Source of the DNA: Mobula birostris
Lineage: Eukaryota
Length of the DNA: 64,000 nt
NCBI RefSeq assembly: GCF_030028105.1
Contig: NC_092395.1
Span: forward strand, 44,110,459-44,174,458
Reading direction: 5' to 3'
The translations under genes and the position numbers were made by a program. The notes below the pieces were generated by a model. The model did no database searches. It saw only the letters and a program-made list of their open reading frames with translations, and was not told where the DNA came from. Every line of letters starts with the position of its first letter. Within the stretch, counting starts at the first letter, position 1. This document shows, one piece after another, positions 59,888 through 64,000 of the stretch.

Positions 59888-61470
59888 AGAATAGAACATA
59901 GAACATAGAATAGTACAGCACAGTACAAGCCCTTTGGCCCACAATGTTGTGCCGACCCTCAAACCCTGCCTCCCATATAAGCCCCCACCTTAGATTCTTC
60001 CATTTACCTGTCTAGTAGTCTCTTAAACTTCACGAGTGTATCTGCCTCCACCACTGACTCAGGCAGTGCATTGCACACATCAACCACTCTCTAAGTAAAA
60101 AACCTTCCTCTAATATCCCCCTTGAACTTCCCACCCCTTACATTGAAGCCATGTCCTCTTGTATTGAGCAGTGGTGCCCTGGGGAAGGGGCGCTGGCTAT
60201 CCACTCTATCTATTCCTCTTATTATCTTGTACACATCTATCATGTCTCCTCTCATCATCCTTCTCTCCAAAGAGTAAAGCCCTAGCTCCCTTAATTTCTG
60301 ATCATAATGCATACTCTCTAAACCAGGCAGCATCCTGGTAAATCTCCTCCGTACCCTTTCCAATGCTTCCACATCCTTCCTATAGTGAGGTGACCAGAAC
60401 TGGACACAGTACTCCAAGTGTGGCCTAACCAGAGTTTTATAGAGCTGCATCATTACATCACGACTCTTAAACTCTATCCCTCGACTTATGAAAGCTAACA
60501 CCCCATTATCTTTCTTAACTACCCTATCCACCTGTGAGGCAACTTTCAGGGATCTGTGGACATGTAGCCCGAGATCCCTCTGCTCCTCCACACTACCAAG
60601 TATCCTGCCATTTACTTTGTACTCTGCCTTGGAGTTTGTCCTTCCAAAGTGTACCACCTCAAACTTCTCCGGGTTGAACTCCATCTGCCACTTCTCAACC
60701 CACTTCTGCATCCTATCAATGTCTCTCTGCAATCTTTGACGATCCTCTACACTATCTACAACACCACCAACCTTTGTGTCATCTGCAAACTTGCCAACCC
60801 ACCCTTCTACCCCCACATCCAGGTCATTAATAAAAATCACGAAAAGTAGAGGTCCCAGAACAGATCCTTGTGGGACACCACTAGTCACAATCCTCCAATC
60901 TGAATGTACTCCCTCCACCACCACCCTCTGACTTCTGCAGGCAAGCCAATTCTGAATCCACCTGGCCAAACTTCCCTGGATCCCATGCCTTCTAACTTTC
61001 TGAATAAGCCTACCGTGTGGAACCTTGTCAAATGCCTTACTAAAATCCATATAGATCACATCCACTGCACTATCCTCATCTATATGCCTGGTCACCTCCT
61101 CAAAGAACTCTATCAGGCTTCTTAGACATGATCTGCCCTTCACAAAGCCACGCTGACTGTCCCTGATCAGACCATGATTCTCTGAATGCCTATAGATCCT
61201 ATCTCTAAGAATCTTTTCCAACAGCTTTCCCACCACAGACATAAGGCTCACTGGTCTATAATTACCCGGACTATCCCTACTACCTTTTTTGAACAAGGGA
61301 ACAACATTCGCCTCCCTCCAGTCCTCCGGTACCATTCCCGTGGACAACGAGGACATAAAGATCCTAGCCAGAGGCTCAGCAATCTCTTCTCTCGCCTCAT
61401 GGAGCAGCCTAGGGAATATTCCGTCAGGCCCCAGGGACTTATCTGTCCTAATGTATTTTAACAACTCCAG
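59888..61470 (-). mobile_element. Young 5'-truncated CR1 with an uninterrupted 457-aa RT ORF, nested in an older plus-strand CR1
   Basis: ORF 60091-61464; (CATAGAA)n tail at about 59890; flanks 59700-59885 and 61480-61900 are consecutive parts of an older CR1. Confidence 0.95.
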
Positions 61471-62729
61471 TAAAAATGTATATGGAGTTTAGTAAAGTGT
61501 GTGTTGAGGTTCTCCATGGTAGTTTCATTTAAAATGTCAGGAGGTATGGGATCCAAGGAAACCCGGCCATGTATATATAGAATTGACTTGCCCATGGAAT
61601 GCTGAAGGTTGTTTTAGAAGGAGAGTTTTCTGCCTGAATGTAGGTGACCTTGGTGGTCCACAGAGTTCTGTTCAGGGATCCTTGTCCCTTGTGATTGTTA
61701 TAAATGACTTGGATCAGGAAGTGAAAGGGTGGGCTGGTAAGATTGTTGATGATGAAAAGATTAGTGAAGTTGGGGAGAGTGTGGAGCTTTGTCGTAGTTG
61801 GCAATTGGACGTTGACAGGATGCAGAACTGGGCTGAGGATTGACAGATGGAGTTCAACCCAGAAGATGTGAGGTGATTCACTTTGGAAGGTTAATTTAAA
61901 AGATTTGCAGAACATTGTGAGCCAAAATAAGATCATGACCATAAGACACTGAAGCAGAAGTAACCCTGCCTTGTCCCTGTAACTGTTTATGCTCGAACCA
62001 ATCAAGTATCTATCTACCTCTGTTTTAAATATACCCAATGAGTTGTCCTCCACTGCACTCTGTTCCAATGATTCCACAGGTTCATCAGCCGCTGGCTAAG
62101 CAAATTACTTTTCACCTCTGCCCTCAATGGATGTCATTCTATTCTGAGTCTATGCCATCTGGTCAATGACTCCTCCAATTTAGGAAACATCCTCTACATA
62201 TTCACACTTTCTAGTCCTTTGCATATTCGATAGATTTCAATGAGAGCACCAATCCTTGTTCAAAACTCCATCAAACACTCCTTCAATGTTAACCCTTTCA
62301 TTCCTGGAATTATTCTCATTGTCATGACTGTTTAAAAACAAACTTGGAAGTTGCTGAGAGTCTACATGAGGGAGTATCGTACCACATGACATACTTCCAA
62401 ATAATTAAATTCCAACTCAGAAAAGTATGTTTAATCCTTGATAACAAATCAACAATAAAATTATTTGACTCTCCCTTAATTTATGTAAAAAATCGAACAA
62501 GACAAGTGTCGTTATATCAAATTCAAACAAAGACAAGCAAGGTGAGCGTAATTGGAACAAATCAAAGAAAGATGAGTGGTCAACAAAAAATATGCATTAC
62601 AAACTCACCCCCTCACTCTGCTGCCACGCAGGTGAACAGATATCTCTGTTTATTTATTTCTACTGTTTCCCAAACCCACGTGTCAAAGTACCTTAACCCA
62701 GTGTCACTCTTAACCCAGAGTGAGGATGC

Positions 62730-63860
62730 GCAATACATTTACAATACATACAGTCGGTAAATAGATACATGACTCCCACAACTATGAACCTCCTCTGGAC
62801 CCTCTCCAATAACGGCACATCAATTCTTAGATAAGGGGCCCAAAACTGCTCACAATGTAATCCGACAATGCCTTGTAAACCTCAGCATTGCATACTTGTG
62901 TTGATGTCATAATCCTCTCAAAATGAATGCCAACTTTGCATTTAATTTACATACCACTGACTCAACCTGCAAATTAAACTTCAAAGAATCCTGCACGAGG
63001 ATTCCCAAGTCTCTTCGCACCTCTGATTTTTGAATAATCTTCCCATTTACAAAATAGTCTACGCCTTTACTCCTTCAATCAAAGTATATTCCTCCACTTC
63101 TTTGCCCATTCTCTTAATCTACCTACGTTCTTCTGTAGGCTTACTGCTTCTTTAACATGATCTGCCCTTCTTCTATATCACCCACAAATACATGAGGATC
63201 CGCAACACAAATGCAATAGAGACAGTTGGTAAATAGTTACATGACTCCTACACCTATTAACCTCCTCTGGACCCTCTCCAATGACAGCACATCTTTTCTT
63301 AGTTAAGGGGCACAAAACTGCTCACAATACTCCAAAGGCAATATGACCAATGCCTTGTAAATCTCAGCATTCCATACTTATATTTAGATTAGATTAGATT
63401 ATGAGGACACTCAGTCCTCGCTTATTGTCATTTAGAAATGCATGCATTAAAAAATGATACAATGTTCCTCCAGAATGATATCACAAAAAAATTATGTTCT
63501 GGTCCTCTCAAAATGAATGCCAACTTTGCATTTAAGTTGCATACCACTAGCTCAACCTGCAAGTTAAACTTTACAGAATCCTGCATTAGGACTCCCAGGT
63601 CTCTTTGGACCTCTGATTTTTGAATAGTCTCCCAATTTAGAAAATCGTCTACGCCTTTACTCCTTCAACCAAAGTGCATGAATATACACTTCCCTACACT
63701 ACATTCCATCTGCCAGTTCTTTGCCCATTCTCTTAATCTGTCCATGTTCTTCTGTAGACTTCCTGCTTCTTTAGCATAACCTGCCCTTCTACTTATCATC
63801 CACAAACTTGACCATACAACCGTCGATTGCACATCCAAATCACTGGCATATAATGTGAAA
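62730..63860 (-). repeat. Tandem duplication of a CR1 fragment plus flanking junction
   Basis: tagatacatgactcccacaactatgaacctcctctggacc (about 62762) and tagttacatgactcctacacctattaacctcctctggacc (about 63233) begin two collinear copies. Confidence 0.75.
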
Positions 63861-64000
63861 GGAAATGGTCCCGACACAAAAGAGAGGAGAGGAGAACCAC
63901 GGTAGTGATAGGGGATTCCTTACTTAGAGGATTAGACACAAGATTTTGTGCATGCAATGGAGACACCCAGATGGTATCTTGCTCCTGGGTCCCAGGGACA

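Overview
Repeat-dense eukaryotic DNA, most likely from a cartilaginous fish (inferred from the cluster-type Ig genes and the CR1/Penelope/Rex-Babar repeat set; no species call). The only host genes are immunoglobulin light-chain clusters of the long-CDR2 sigma/sigma-cart type, in various states of decay. (i) A near-intact minus-strand cluster at 44.3-46.7 kb has an octamer/TATA promoter, a leader, a germline-JOINED VJ exon with no RSS, and a C exon with one extra C in a C5 run. (ii) A paralogous pseudogene cluster lies at 36.7-38.8 kb. (iii) An orphan plus-strand C exon at 8.2 kb carries a fold-back inversion. (iv) There is a head-to-head V fragment at 47.6 kb and (v) a probable heavily decayed joined VJ at 26.2-26.5 kb. 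The two main clusters were duplicated together with a class III (ERV-L-like) retroviral pol fossil just downstream of the polyA site. The remainder is transposable elements: a four-level nest (hAT > solo LTR > young non-autonomous Gypsy; hAT > RTE), an internally deleted L1, chromovirus fragments, many CR1s, and Penelope-like fragments with minimal hammerhead ribozyme motifs. All alignments were made by eye. Repeat boundaries are approximate unless TSDs or termini are quoted.
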